The notes under the pieces were generated by a model. It saw nothing but the letters and a program-made list of their open reading frames with translations. It was not told the origin of the DNA and searched no databases. From the IMG/VR virus record IMGVR_UViG_3300034021_000643: 58,817 nt of DNA; one strand, written 5' to 3'. A program made the translations under genes and the position numbers. The stretch comes from an uncultured virus (IMG/VR IMGVR_UViG_3300034021_000643). Lineage: Duplodnaviria > Heunggongvirae > Uroviricota > Caudoviricetes. Below, one piece after another: positions 50,260 through 58,089 of the stretch. Numbering within the stretch: position 1 is the stretch's first letter; the number at the start of each line of letters is the position of its first letter.

Positions 50260-50460
50260 TCAATCCTTCCGTTTTACAGACACATTCGCTCGAAAGAACG
50301 TGCCCAAGATAACCACAGCACACCATGTCCAAAATGTGAACTGGATAGCCAGCACAGGGAACAGAGTATTCAGGGCCCAAATCACCAACCAGGGTCCAAT
50401 GGCCAATAGCAGGATGATCAGTGCTATGGCCACGGTGACCTTTACGATACTATCAAACAT
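50260..50460 (-). CDS. Small membrane protein
   Basis: IWALNTLFP..FWTW; two TM segments. Confidence 0.7.
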   Translation of the reverse strand: MFDSIVKVTVAIALIILLLAIGPWLVIWALNTLFPVLAIQFTFWTWCAVVILGTFFRANVSVKRKD

Positions 50461-50668
50461 TTTCAATCTCCTCGAGTTCTTGTAGCCGTTTCAGCTCTGC
50501 GATCTCTGCATCAATGGCCTTGGTGTTGGTCTTGAGGTTAGAGCTTCCTTTCTTGTAGACCACCCAATAGTGATCTGCACAATAGCTCTTGCCCTCAAGA
50601 TTCTTTTGTCCACACATAGTGTAGGGCCACTTGGTCTGCTCTGACCCTATGTATTGGCACTCACTCAT
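50453..50668 (-). CDS. Small Cys/His zinc-binding protein (similar to the GcrA C-terminus)
   Basis: CQYIG..MCG..SYCADH. Confidence 0.6.
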   Translation of the reverse strand: MSECQYIGSEQTKWPYTMCGQKNLEGKSYCADHYWVVYKKGSSNLKTNTKAIDAEIAELKRLQELEEIENV

Positions 50669-50669
50669 A

Positions 50670-51770
50670 TTAGGCCATGCCCTTCATAACAGTGACCTTG
50701 GCCATGTTCTGCCAGTTAGTAGGGAAGCTCTTCTTCAAGTCTGCACACTTCAAAACAGTTCGCAGGCTCAGCTCTCGCATGTGGCTACGATTCTCAAGGA
50801 TGAAGTCCACGATCTCGTCCTTAGCAACATCCTCAAGCTCATAGGAGTCCAACATGCCGTCTTTGACGATCTGCTTGATACGCAGAACCTTCTCACGGTC
50901 TGTGTCCATGCGCAGATCGATGAAGTGACAGCGTGACTCCAATGCCGCCAAGTGCTCCTGCAGTTTCTTAGAGCGAACATTCTCAAACTTCAAGTTGGTG
51001 ATAAAGATAGCACCGCCCTTGAAATCAAACTTGTCAGGCACTCCTTCTGAGCGTAGCACACGGCTGTCAGTGTTCCACGAAATGGTACGCTTCTTTGAAG
51101 TGTCCAAAGCGGCCTTGAGAATGTTAAGTGCAACGTCGTCCAAAAGAATGCTGTCGCAGTCATCGAACACAATGATGTTCTTGGGATCACTGTATTTGTA
51201 GAGCTTGCTATACAGGCCAATGGCACTCATAGCACCCTTGACGATCTCATACTTGGGCTTGCGCTGTCCCATGAGATCGAACAGGTCATCTTTGGCTAGA
51301 ACTTCTTCAACACCAAAGCTCTTGCCCACACCTGGAGGGCCTGTGACAATCATAGCACGAACGTCACCAGTCTTGACTGCTTTGGTCATGTCCTTGAGGA
51401 TCTCAAAGCGCAGTCTAGTGCGCTCAATGATCTGCTCATCAGTTTCGTCTGCGACAGCAGAGTCTGGCACTTTGACCTGGCTAAAGTCTGTAACAGTAGC
51501 ATCGTTCTTGCCAGCCTTAGCGGGTTTAGCCAGAGCCTGCAACATGGTAACACCAGCAGGAGCCGCCATGGTAGCAATGTCACTTTGGTTGCACCAGACC
51601 TTACAGGTCTCACCGCCACCCTTGATGTTGTAGCCTGAACGAGCCTTGATGTAGCCTTCCCAACCGTTGTTGGCTTCTGTGACAAAGTCCCCAACCATAT
51701 CCAGCTCAATGCCGGGATAGATCTGATTGCTTTTGGCGCCGTATTGGCCTTGGCTTAGTGTGATACGCAT
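50670..51770 (-). CDS. AAA-family ATPase
   Basis: GPPGVGKS, VFDDCD, FITN, ALESR; AGGAGCGAA RBS before ATG 51770. Confidence 0.85.
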   Translation of the reverse strand: MRITLSQGQYGAKSNQIYPGIELDMVGDFVTEANNGWEGYIKARSGYNIKGGGETCKVWCNQSDIATMAAPAGVTMLQALAKPAKAGKNDATVTDFSQVKVPDSAVADETDEQIIERTRLRFEILKDMTKAVKTGDVRAMIVTGPPGVGKSFGVEEVLAKDDLFDLMGQRKPKYEIVKGAMSAIGLYSKLYKYSDPKNIIVFDDCDSILLDDVALNILKAALDTSKKRTISWNTDSRVLRSEGVPDKFDFKGGAIFITNLKFENVRSKKLQEHLAALESRCHFIDLRMDTDREKVLRIKQIVKDGMLDSYELEDVAKDEIVDFILENRSHMRELSLRTVLKCADLKKSFPTNWQNMAKVTVMKGMA

Positions 51771-51859
51771 GGATTTCGCTCCTGTGTGTGTTGTTAACAT
51801 AGTCTCTATTATGCACTCAAACAGGGGAGTTGTCAACCCCTGTTTGTGGCCTGTTGTTT

Positions 51860-52294
51860 TTATGCCACATCTGCTGCTTCTATCGCAGCAATTGCGTCTT
51901 TGAGTGCTACCAAACCGTTCTTGATCAAGCCCTCAGTTTCGTATACAGCACCCGCATACCATACTCCGTCCCGCATGACATAGTAGTATTCACCATAGCA
52001 ACCCTGGACCTGATCGAGGAACTCTTCGAATGAGTGTGCCACAGCCCAGGGAGTGCTGTTAACAAACTCTTCAACGTCCTCACCCTCAGCTTCCCGATCC
52101 TCGTAGAAGTTCATTTCCTCTAGGGTCTCTTTGACGCCCGAATTGTCCCCACGTGCAATCAGAGCATTTGCTGCTGTGGAATCATAGTGGCTCAACAGAA
52201 TGCGCCCTGTGTAGTCCAGATAGCCGTCGTAGTGGCAGTAGACGCTTTTACAGACATCGCCATGCATGACTGCTACTCTTGATCGTGTGCCCAT
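51860..52294 (-). CDS. Hypothetical phage protein
   Basis: MGTRS..VYCHYDGY. Confidence 0.75.
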   Translation of the reverse strand: MGTRSRVAVMHGDVCKSVYCHYDGYLDYTGRILLSHYDSTAANALIARGDNSGVKETLEEMNFYEDREAEGEDVEEFVNSTPWAVAHSFEEFLDQVQGCYGEYYYVMRDGVWYAGAVYETEGLIKNGLVALKDAIAAIEAADVA

Positions 52295-52563
52295 TATGCA
52301 ATCTCCTCTGAGTATTCGTAGAATGTAACTGACGGATCCAACTTCTTCAACTGCTTGGCAGCTGTCATCAATTCCCTGTAACGGCGCTGGACTTCTGTTC
52401 TGCTCAGCTCACCATCACATGTAAGGTTCTCTGGACTTAGTGCAGAGTCAATCATGTCCGCTACTCGTTGACGACCCTGGGCTGTGGCGATCTCGTATTG
52501 CTCGCCTTTGAAGAATGAGTTCCAGTGATTCTTCTGCTCTATAAACTTCTCTAATGCTTTCAT
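52294..52563 (-). CDS. Hypothetical early protein
   Basis: LSPENLTCDGE; AGGAGCGAA RBS. Confidence 0.75.
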   Translation of the reverse strand: MKALEKFIEQKNHWNSFFKGEQYEIATAQGRQRVADMIDSALSPENLTCDGELSRTEVQRRYRELMTAAKQLKKLDPSVTFYEYSEEIA

Positions 52564-52621
52564 AGTTCGCTCCTATGTTTGTTAGTGTAAGTGTCTATTA
52601 TAGCACCAAACGGCAGTTCTG

Positions 52622-52831
52622 TCAACCTTCAAGCCAACAATCCCTGGCCTGCTCTGTGGTTATTGTTTGCCCACCAATGTAGTCACCGTGGAACCCTGCC
52701 TTGTTCTCTAGGACCAGAGCATGTCCCATGTAGCTGCTCTTGATCTCTATGATCTGCCCACATTGTTCAACATCAGCCTTGAAGCCTACCCAATCACCGA
52801 CCTTGACGGTCTTGCCTTCTACCTGTGCCAT
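52622..52831 (-). CDS. Hypothetical protein (SH3/KOW-like)
   Basis: VKVGDWVGFKADVEQCGQI; RBS aaggag. Confidence 0.7.
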   Translation of the reverse strand: MAQVEGKTVKVGDWVGFKADVEQCGQIIEIKSSYMGHALVLENKAGFHGDYIGGQTITTEQARDCWLEG

Positions 52832-52842
52832 GCTGGGTCTCC

Positions 52843-53013
52843 TTAGGCTGGTTCAAACAATTTTTGGAATTCTGCTTTGACTCTAAAGTAGGCCCTAAGC
52901 TCTGCTAGGGTGAACTCTTCTGAGTTAGCATCAATGTAGATCATGGTCTCCAGCATGCCTGTATTCAAACGGGCTTTGATGCCTTCGATAACGTTAATGT
53001 CTTCTGTAATCAT
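52843..53013 (-). CDS. Hypothetical early protein
   Basis: Promoter plus AAGGAGCGAT RBS. Confidence 0.65.
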   Translation of the reverse strand: MITEDINVIEGIKARLNTGMLETMIYIDANSEEFTLAELRAYFRVKAEFQKLFEPA

Positions 53014-53066
53014 ATCGCTCCTTGTTAACATGTGTGTATTATAGCAGTGTTTTGCCACGCTGTCAA

Positions 53067-53405
53067 TCAGTCCCCACGAACATCCGTGTTCAGTGTAGGG
53101 TTAATTGCGCGACGTAGTTCTACCTCACGCTTGTGGGCAGCTGCCTTGCCGCGCAGTGTTTCATGAACCAACACTTCGATCTCGCTCTTGTCGTTGAGAC
53201 CACGAAGGGCTCTGCACAACAGCCAGTCCTTGTTCTCACGTTTGGCACGATAGAAGTGCTTGGCTGCACGAGCAAGAACTGACTTATTAATAGTAGTCTC
53301 TGTTTTGGCAGTGACTCCTATGTAGTTGTCTCCGTTGACACGTAGCTCATAGATGATATGAGTGCGGTCTACTCGTTTTTTGCGGGTGGGCTTTTCTAAG
53401 TTCAT
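53067..53405 (-). CDS. GIY-YIG-like nuclease (leaderless)
   Basis: IIYEL..NYIGVT..H..E..LN; ATG 6 nt after -10. Confidence 0.65.
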   Translation of the reverse strand: MNLEKPTRKKRVDRTHIIYELRVNGDNYIGVTAKTETTINKSVLARAAKHFYRAKRENKDWLLCRALRGLNDKSEIEVLVHETLRGKAAAHKREVELRRAINPTLNTDVRGD

Positions 53406-53472
53406 GTTATAATTATAGCACCTTTTCACCAAAGTGTCAACCAAAATGTCAAAGCCCTTACGGGCCCTAGGG

Positions 53473-53811
53473 TTATGCGTGTTGCATGTACGTGTTAATA
53501 AACAGCTCCCCCACATCGCAGCTTACGTAGGTGTCCCCCTGCATGCCCTGCTCGCTGTAGCTGACATCGCTAGCATCAAAGCCCATGCTAGTTAACAACT
53601 CTTTAAGCTCTGTCATAAACTGTTTATCTGTGTATATGAGACCCAGCTTGTTGACATCCCAGCTTGCTGCTGTAAAACGCACCCGCAGCTCGCCGAAGTC
53701 CAGCTCATCGTTTGTGTAGCTTAGTTGCAGATGGGTGATGTCTACAGCAGCTTTAGTATTGCTCCAGTAGCCCCCACCGCTTGTGTGCAGTGTTGCGTTG
53801 ACTTTGATCAT
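53473..53811 (-). CDS. Hypothetical early protein
   Basis: GLIYTD..YSEQGMQG; promoter plus AGGAGC RBS. Confidence 0.75.
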   Translation of the reverse strand: MIKVNATLHTSGGGYWSNTKAAVDITHLQLSYTNDELDFGELRVRFTAASWDVNKLGLIYTDKQFMTELKELLTSMGFDASDVSYSEQGMQGDTYVSCDVGELFINTYMQHA

Positions 53812-54107
53812 TGTGTGCTCCTGTTAAAAATGTATTATAGCAGCATTCGAGCATGTTGTCAACCAAACGGGAAAAGACCCTATGACCCTTAGGGTTCCTG
53901 GGTTTCTCAGGATCTCGCTGCGGTCTAAGGGTTCATGGTGACCCACTGGAATGCTAGGTATACAGCTACAGCGCAGCACAGCCACACTCCCACACGCTGC
54001 GCGGGCCATAACCCGCGATACCAACGTTTGACGCCATCAAAGGGATCCATGGGGTTTGGATGCTGATACATGCTAGTTCTCTCTCTGCTGCTGTGCTGCT
54101 GTTGATC

Positions 54108-54184
54108 TGGCCAGCCCTACTGGATTCGAACCAGTGGCCTACAGCTTAGAAGGCTGTTGCTCTATCCAACTGAGCTAAGGGCTG
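54108..54184 (-). tRNA. tRNA-Arg (anticodon UCU)
   Basis: Cloverleaf: CAGCCCT/AGGGCTG acceptor, ACAGC-CTTCTAA-GCTGT, GGTTCGAATCC, encoded CCA. Confidence 0.93.
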
Positions 54185-54189
54185 CTGTG

Positions 54190-54267
54190 TGGTGGGCCCC
54201 CCGAGAGTCGAACTCGGCACCAATGGATTATGAGTCCACTGCTCTAACCAACATGAGCTAGGGGCCC
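54190..54267 (-). tRNA. tRNA with CAU anticodon, Ile2 (lysidine) type
   Basis: GGGCCCC/GGGGCCC acceptor, GTGGA-CTCATAA-TCCAT, GTTCGACTC, CCA; lacks fMet C1:A72 mismatch and GGG/CCC anticodon stem. Confidence 0.88.
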
Positions 54268-54274
54268 GAAACTG

Positions 54275-54556
54275 TTACAACTCTCGGTATCCTCTCAAGA
54301 GTTCCGCTTCGTTGTCCGCTGCTTGACGTGATCCCGCAGCTACGAATCTGTGTAGATCTTCCATGCGTTCCTGGAATATCTCTGGTGCCCCCTCTGCTGC
54401 ACGTTGCATGTCCCAGGTGTTGGGATAGTGTCGCAGCAATGATCGTGCTTCTTCACGAACTGCCTTGGGCACACGTGGGTATTCTCCGGCACTTAACCTA
54501 ATGAGAAACTCCATGGTATTCTTGACTGCACGGTATCTTTCATCTGGTAATGTCAT
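54275..54556 (-). CDS. Hypothetical protein (BPSL0761-like)
   Basis: MTLPDERYRAV..VPKAVREEARSLLRHYP. Confidence 0.7.
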   Translation of the reverse strand: MTLPDERYRAVKNTMEFLIRLSAGEYPRVPKAVREEARSLLRHYPNTWDMQRAAEGAPEIFQERMEDLHRFVAAGSRQAADNEAELLRGYREL

Positions 54557-55527
54557 TTCTCTGCTCCTAGCTAGTGCTCTTTTCTTAAGCATGTGTATAT
54601 TATACGATACTTTTGACAGCGTGTCAATGGTTTTTGGCTATTTTAGTATATACAGCAGCGGGGCCTATGTTAACAGATCACCTAGCTCAAGCGTTATCGG
54701 CGTATGAATAGACTGTTCTATCTCAGTGTAAGAGAAAGCTGGCAACAAGACCACTGTATAGATATGGTAGCACGTAGACTCAGAGTTGATCACGCTACTG
54801 TATATGACATCATACACACATACTACAAGCTAGTGTAGAGCACTATGACACCATAACCCCTGCAGCGGGGCCACTGTATACGAGCTGGTATCCAGTTGAC
54901 GACGCTGATTTCATGGTGGAAGAATGGTTCAAACGGTTCAAACGAGACTGATCCTAGGGTAGAATCTATAGTGTTTGCAGAGTCAAGACCGGTGGTTGGA
55001 GAGGCATTGCTCAAATGGTCACACAATTCCACACTTTATTGCACTTTGTCACACTTTTCCCACCAGTTCTGTCTCCCACGGCTGCTTTAGCGGCCTCTAT
55101 ACGCATTCAGGCCAACAGTAAATCACACTTTTCTGCATTTACTGTGCAATTATGCGTGTAAACGCATATACGCTAATCCATTGCAGCGGGGCCATTGTCC
55201 TGATCTTGTTCCTCAGCCCACATCCACAGCAACAAGAATGAAGGCATCAGTATCAACCACATCCATAGATCACCCTGTCGCATTGTATATACTAGACTGA
55301 TCCAGTATATCAGGAAGATCAGCCATTTCATAATCGTTTCTCCCTGCACTCCGCTCTCAGCTGTGAACCCACTATGTTCAGTCTGCGCTGCCATAAGTGC
55401 TCTGCATCTCTACACTCTCGTTCAGTCTTATACTCTGTATACACTGTGTGATTTTCCGGATACTGCAACCAAAATACCAATAGCCAAGTCGTCATATGCC
55501 AGTCCTTTATGTTGTCTCGTAATTATG

Positions 55528-55698
55528 CTAGATCCCTACCACATCAGGTATCCCACTAGTATCCATCCACATTAGGGGAAACCATTTAGTGATGATGCTT
55601 CTACAGCGAGTGATGATCACCACACGATTGTTCTTCAGCACAGTGTATCGTTCACCATATGCATCCCAATCTGTGCGTATGCTATACTCTGTGCTCAT
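55528..55698 (-). CDS. Hypothetical protein
   Basis: TAAATA 5 nt upstream of ATG 55698. Confidence 0.4.
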   Translation of the reverse strand: MSTEYSIRTDWDAYGERYTVLKNNRVVIITRCRSIITKWFPLMWMDTSGIPDVVGI

Positions 55699-55762
55699 GT
55701 TAATATTTAATTGCCCTTCCTGTTTATGGGCTTCTGCGCTCAGTAAAAACTTAAATACTCTC

Positions 55763-56008
55763 ATGCGCAAACTAACACCATCAGAACGCACAGTGCAAGA
55801 ACCCATGCGCTGTTATGGCATACTCAATGAACACTTGGCGTCGGGCGGTGACTCTGCTTGGTCTTGGGCACAGGCTAATAACCTGCCACAGGAAGTTCAT
55901 TTGAATCGTTGCAGATATTGGATACCCACTGACAGCACATTAGAATCAGAGTTTGTGTTACGCTACTGGGATATCATACATCGTGTTCCTGGCGAGGATT
56001 ATGTGTAA
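55763..56008 (+). CDS. Hypothetical protein
   Basis: TAAATA 5 nt upstream; EVHLNRCRYWIP. Confidence 0.6.
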   Translation: MRKLTPSERTVQEPMRCYGILNEHLASGGDSAWSWAQANNLPQEVHLNRCRYWIPTDSTLESEFVLRYWDIIHRVPGEDYV

Positions 56009-56080
56009 AAATTCTCTGCACAACAATCTCGCGCTGCTGCTTCGCAGCTACAAAATTAACCTGTGTGGTGTAAATACAAG

Positions 56081-56302
56081 ATGAACCGTCAACTCTATGA
56101 TATTCCCCGACATGAAGATCTTGCTGCGATACAAGCATGGGCAGCAGAGCCTGATAATCGCAGCTTGGTGATAACTGTGGGTTCTGCACCCAATGTTCGT
56201 TATCAGCTGGCAGTCTATGATCAACCTCATGATGAGCCCAGTATCCCTCGTGCAGAAGCAGCTTTGGGCGCAATGATAGTGGCCTGCGATTGGCCTGAAT
56301 AA
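56081..56302 (+). CDS. Hypothetical protein
   Basis: TAAATA 4 nt upstream; abuts fibre gene. Confidence 0.55.
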   Translation: MNRQLYDIPRHEDLAAIQAWAAEPDNRSLVITVGSAPNVRYQLAVYDQPHDEPSIPRAEAALGAMIVACDWPE

Positions 56303-58030
56303 ATGAGTCAGACCATTGCTTTTACCAGCACAGAGCTGGCCATACTAGCCAGCTATCTCACTACAGGTAGCAGCAGTATAGCACTGAATCCTCAGGCACA
56401 GAACATCACTGAAGCTGGCCGGTTGGTAAATCTCAAATTCAGCGGAAAAAACTTGATCACACATGATCAGCCACCCCAATTGACTCCACCGCAGCAGATT
56501 CGTCAGATAATCATAGGCAGCACGACCTTGACCAACACCACCGCTTGGACTACAGCTTGGACACAGGCAGTGGCTGTGTTAAGGGCTCAGGGTAGATCCA
56601 TACAGTCAGGCCAACAACCCGTGGACAAAGCTAGACATGTGACTACCGGACAGGGTCAACTGCTGACTGCTGTGATGGGCTCAGCTGGCGCAGCCACTGT
56701 GACCGCTGCCGCTGTTGTGCCACAGACTGTGGTAGGCCCTCAAGGTCCCGTAGGGCCCCAAGGTCCCACTGGTGCTACAGGGCCGCAGGGTGTGGTAGGG
56801 CCACAGGGTCCTGCTGGCCAAAATGCCCTGGACGTGAGTTCTTTTGAAGTAGATGGCTCTGGCGATCTCATAGTCATGTTTGGGGATAGTTCAACAGTGA
56901 ATCTAGGCAATGTCAAAGGACCACAGGGTGTGGCAGGACCCCAAGGCCTCCCAGGGACAAGTCCCTTGAATGTGAGTTCTTTTGAAGTGGATGGCTCTGG
57001 CAATCTCATAGTCATGTTTGGGGATAGTTCAACAGTAAATCTAGGTTCTGTGATAGGTCCACAGGGTCCTACTGGACCGTCAGGACCAGGTTCGGGCGAT
57101 GTTATAAGCCAGGGTGGCAGCTATGTAGACAACAGCGTGGTTCGTTATGATGGCACCAGTGGAACTCTAATACAGGTCAGTGCTGTAACAATATCAGATG
57201 CAGGTCTACTCACAGCCACCAACTTCAGTGGCGACGGCAGCTTAATCACTGCACTCAACGCTGCACAGATAACCACGGGCACTTTGGCTGATGCACGTTT
57301 TCCAGCCACGTTGCCCACAGTGTCGGGGGTGAATTTAACTGCACTCAACGCCACCCAATTAACATCGGGAACAGTGCCCGTGGCACGACTGGGATCCTCA
57401 GGCACAGCCAGTGCCAGCACCTATTTGAGAGGCGACAACACATGGGCCGCAGTAGGAGGATTTGTTTCTGTGCAGTATTTTACCACAGCTGGGGCAATCA
57501 CCTGGACCAAACCCGTGGGAATTAATAAAATATACGTGTATGTTATCGGGGGTGGAGGTGGAGGTGTGGTTTACAACGGTTCATCAGCACCCGGGGGCGG
57601 GGGCGGGGGTTGTGCAATTAAGATGATAGATGTGACATCTATAGCTTCAATTAGTGGAGTTGTAGGTGCAGGAGGAGCAGCAGGGGGGTCTGGAGCAAGT
57701 TCAACTTTTTCTAATCCAGCTGGGACAATAACTGCTGGTGGCGGCAGTCCTGGTAGTAATAGTGGCGGATATCCAGTGGGCGGTGCAGGTGGAACAGCAA
57801 CCGGCGGAGACTTAAACATACCTGGTGGGCAAGCTTCGGGTCTTTCAATTGCTAACAGCATAGGTGGAACTGGGGGTATTCCAGCATTTTTTGGCGTGGC
57901 TGGAGTAGGAGCTGGTTACGTTACAGCAGGAACTGCTGGTATATATGGTGGCGGTGGCGGAGGCGCCGGGTATGTTGCTGCGGCTACTGCTGGCGGTGAC
58001 GGAATTATTGTTGTTTACGAATACTCTTAA
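56303..58030 (+). CDS. Collagen-like / glycine-rich tail fibre protein
   Basis: GPQ/GPT collagen triplets, TYLRGDNTW, C-terminal GGGGGG..GGDGIIVVYEY domain. Confidence 0.8.
   Translation: MSQTIAFTSTELAILASYLTTGSSSIALNPQAQNITEAGRLVNLKFSGKNLITHDQPPQLTPPQQIRQIIIGSTTLTNTTAWTTAWTQAVAVLRAQGRSIQSGQQPVDKARHVTTGQGQLLTAVMGSAGAATVTAAAVVPQTVVGPQGPVGPQGPTGATGPQGVVGPQGPAGQNALDVSSFEVDGSGDLIVMFGDSSTVNLGNVKGPQGVAGPQGLPGTSPLNVSSFEVDGSGNLIVMFGDSSTVNLGSVIGPQGPTGPSGPGSGDVISQGGSYVDNSVVRYDGTSGTLIQVSAVTISDAGLLTATNFSGDGSLITALNAAQITTGTLADARFPATLPTVSGVNLTALNATQLTSGTVPVARLGSSGTASASTYLRGDNTWAAVGGFVSVQYFTTAGAITWTKPVGINKIYVYVIGGGGGGVVYNGSSAPGGGGGGCAIKMIDVTSIASISGVVGAGGAAGGSGASSTFSNPAGTITAGGGSPGSNSGGYPVGGAGGTATGGDLNIPGGQASGLSIANSIGGTGGIPAFFGVAGVGAGYVTAGTAGIYGGGGGGAGYVAAATAGGDGIIVVYEYS
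56834..57045 (+). repeat. 74-bp direct repeat (56834-56907, 56972-57045), period 138 bp
   Basis: Three mismatches; encodes duplicated VSSFEVDGSG.LIVMFGDSSTVNLG module. Confidence 0.9.
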
Positions 58031-58089
58031 GTCATGATACAATCAATGCCGAAATAGCAAAAAGCCTGCACACTCCGCTAAATATCTAC

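Larger units (their letters stand above)
39206..54627 (-). promoter_or_regulatory. Array of about 23 near-consensus sigma70 early promoters (mostly GGTTGACA-N17-TATAAT/TATACT)
   Basis: -35 hexamers start (plus coordinates) at 39229, 39640, 39802, 40311, 40600, 42135, 42565, 42826, 43289, 44647, 45179, 45660, 46508, 47898, 49121, 49805, 50252, 51831, 52620, 53061, 53435, 53857, 54622. Confidence 0.9.

Noticed and set aside
51771..51836. Upstream TTG/GTG extensions in the ORF track (also 45669, 42144, 53516, 35777, 43252)
   Set aside because: They run through the promoters; the RBS or leaderless ATG indicates later starts
38461..52033. Many plus-strand ORFs of 60-190 aa in the early region (e.g. 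48465..49043, 43107..43601, 51205..51633)
   Set aside because: Antisense shadows of well-supported minus-strand genes, with no RBS, promoter or motifs
39206..54627. Recurrent tgtcaacc/attata repeats as a CRISPR-like array
   Set aside because: Spacing is irregular (hundreds of bp), the intervals are genes, and the repeats are sigma70 -35/-10 boxes; no cas genes are present
54630..55520. ORFs 54823..55032, 54896..55090, 55173..55394, 55363..55575
   Set aside because: Weak starts and no motifs; region treated as mostly non-coding, though a short membrane peptide at 55173..55331 is possible
56834..57045. 74-bp repeat as a DGR template/variable pair
   Set aside because: The three A/G mismatches go in both directions, both copies are in-frame within one ORF, and no reverse transcriptase is in the window
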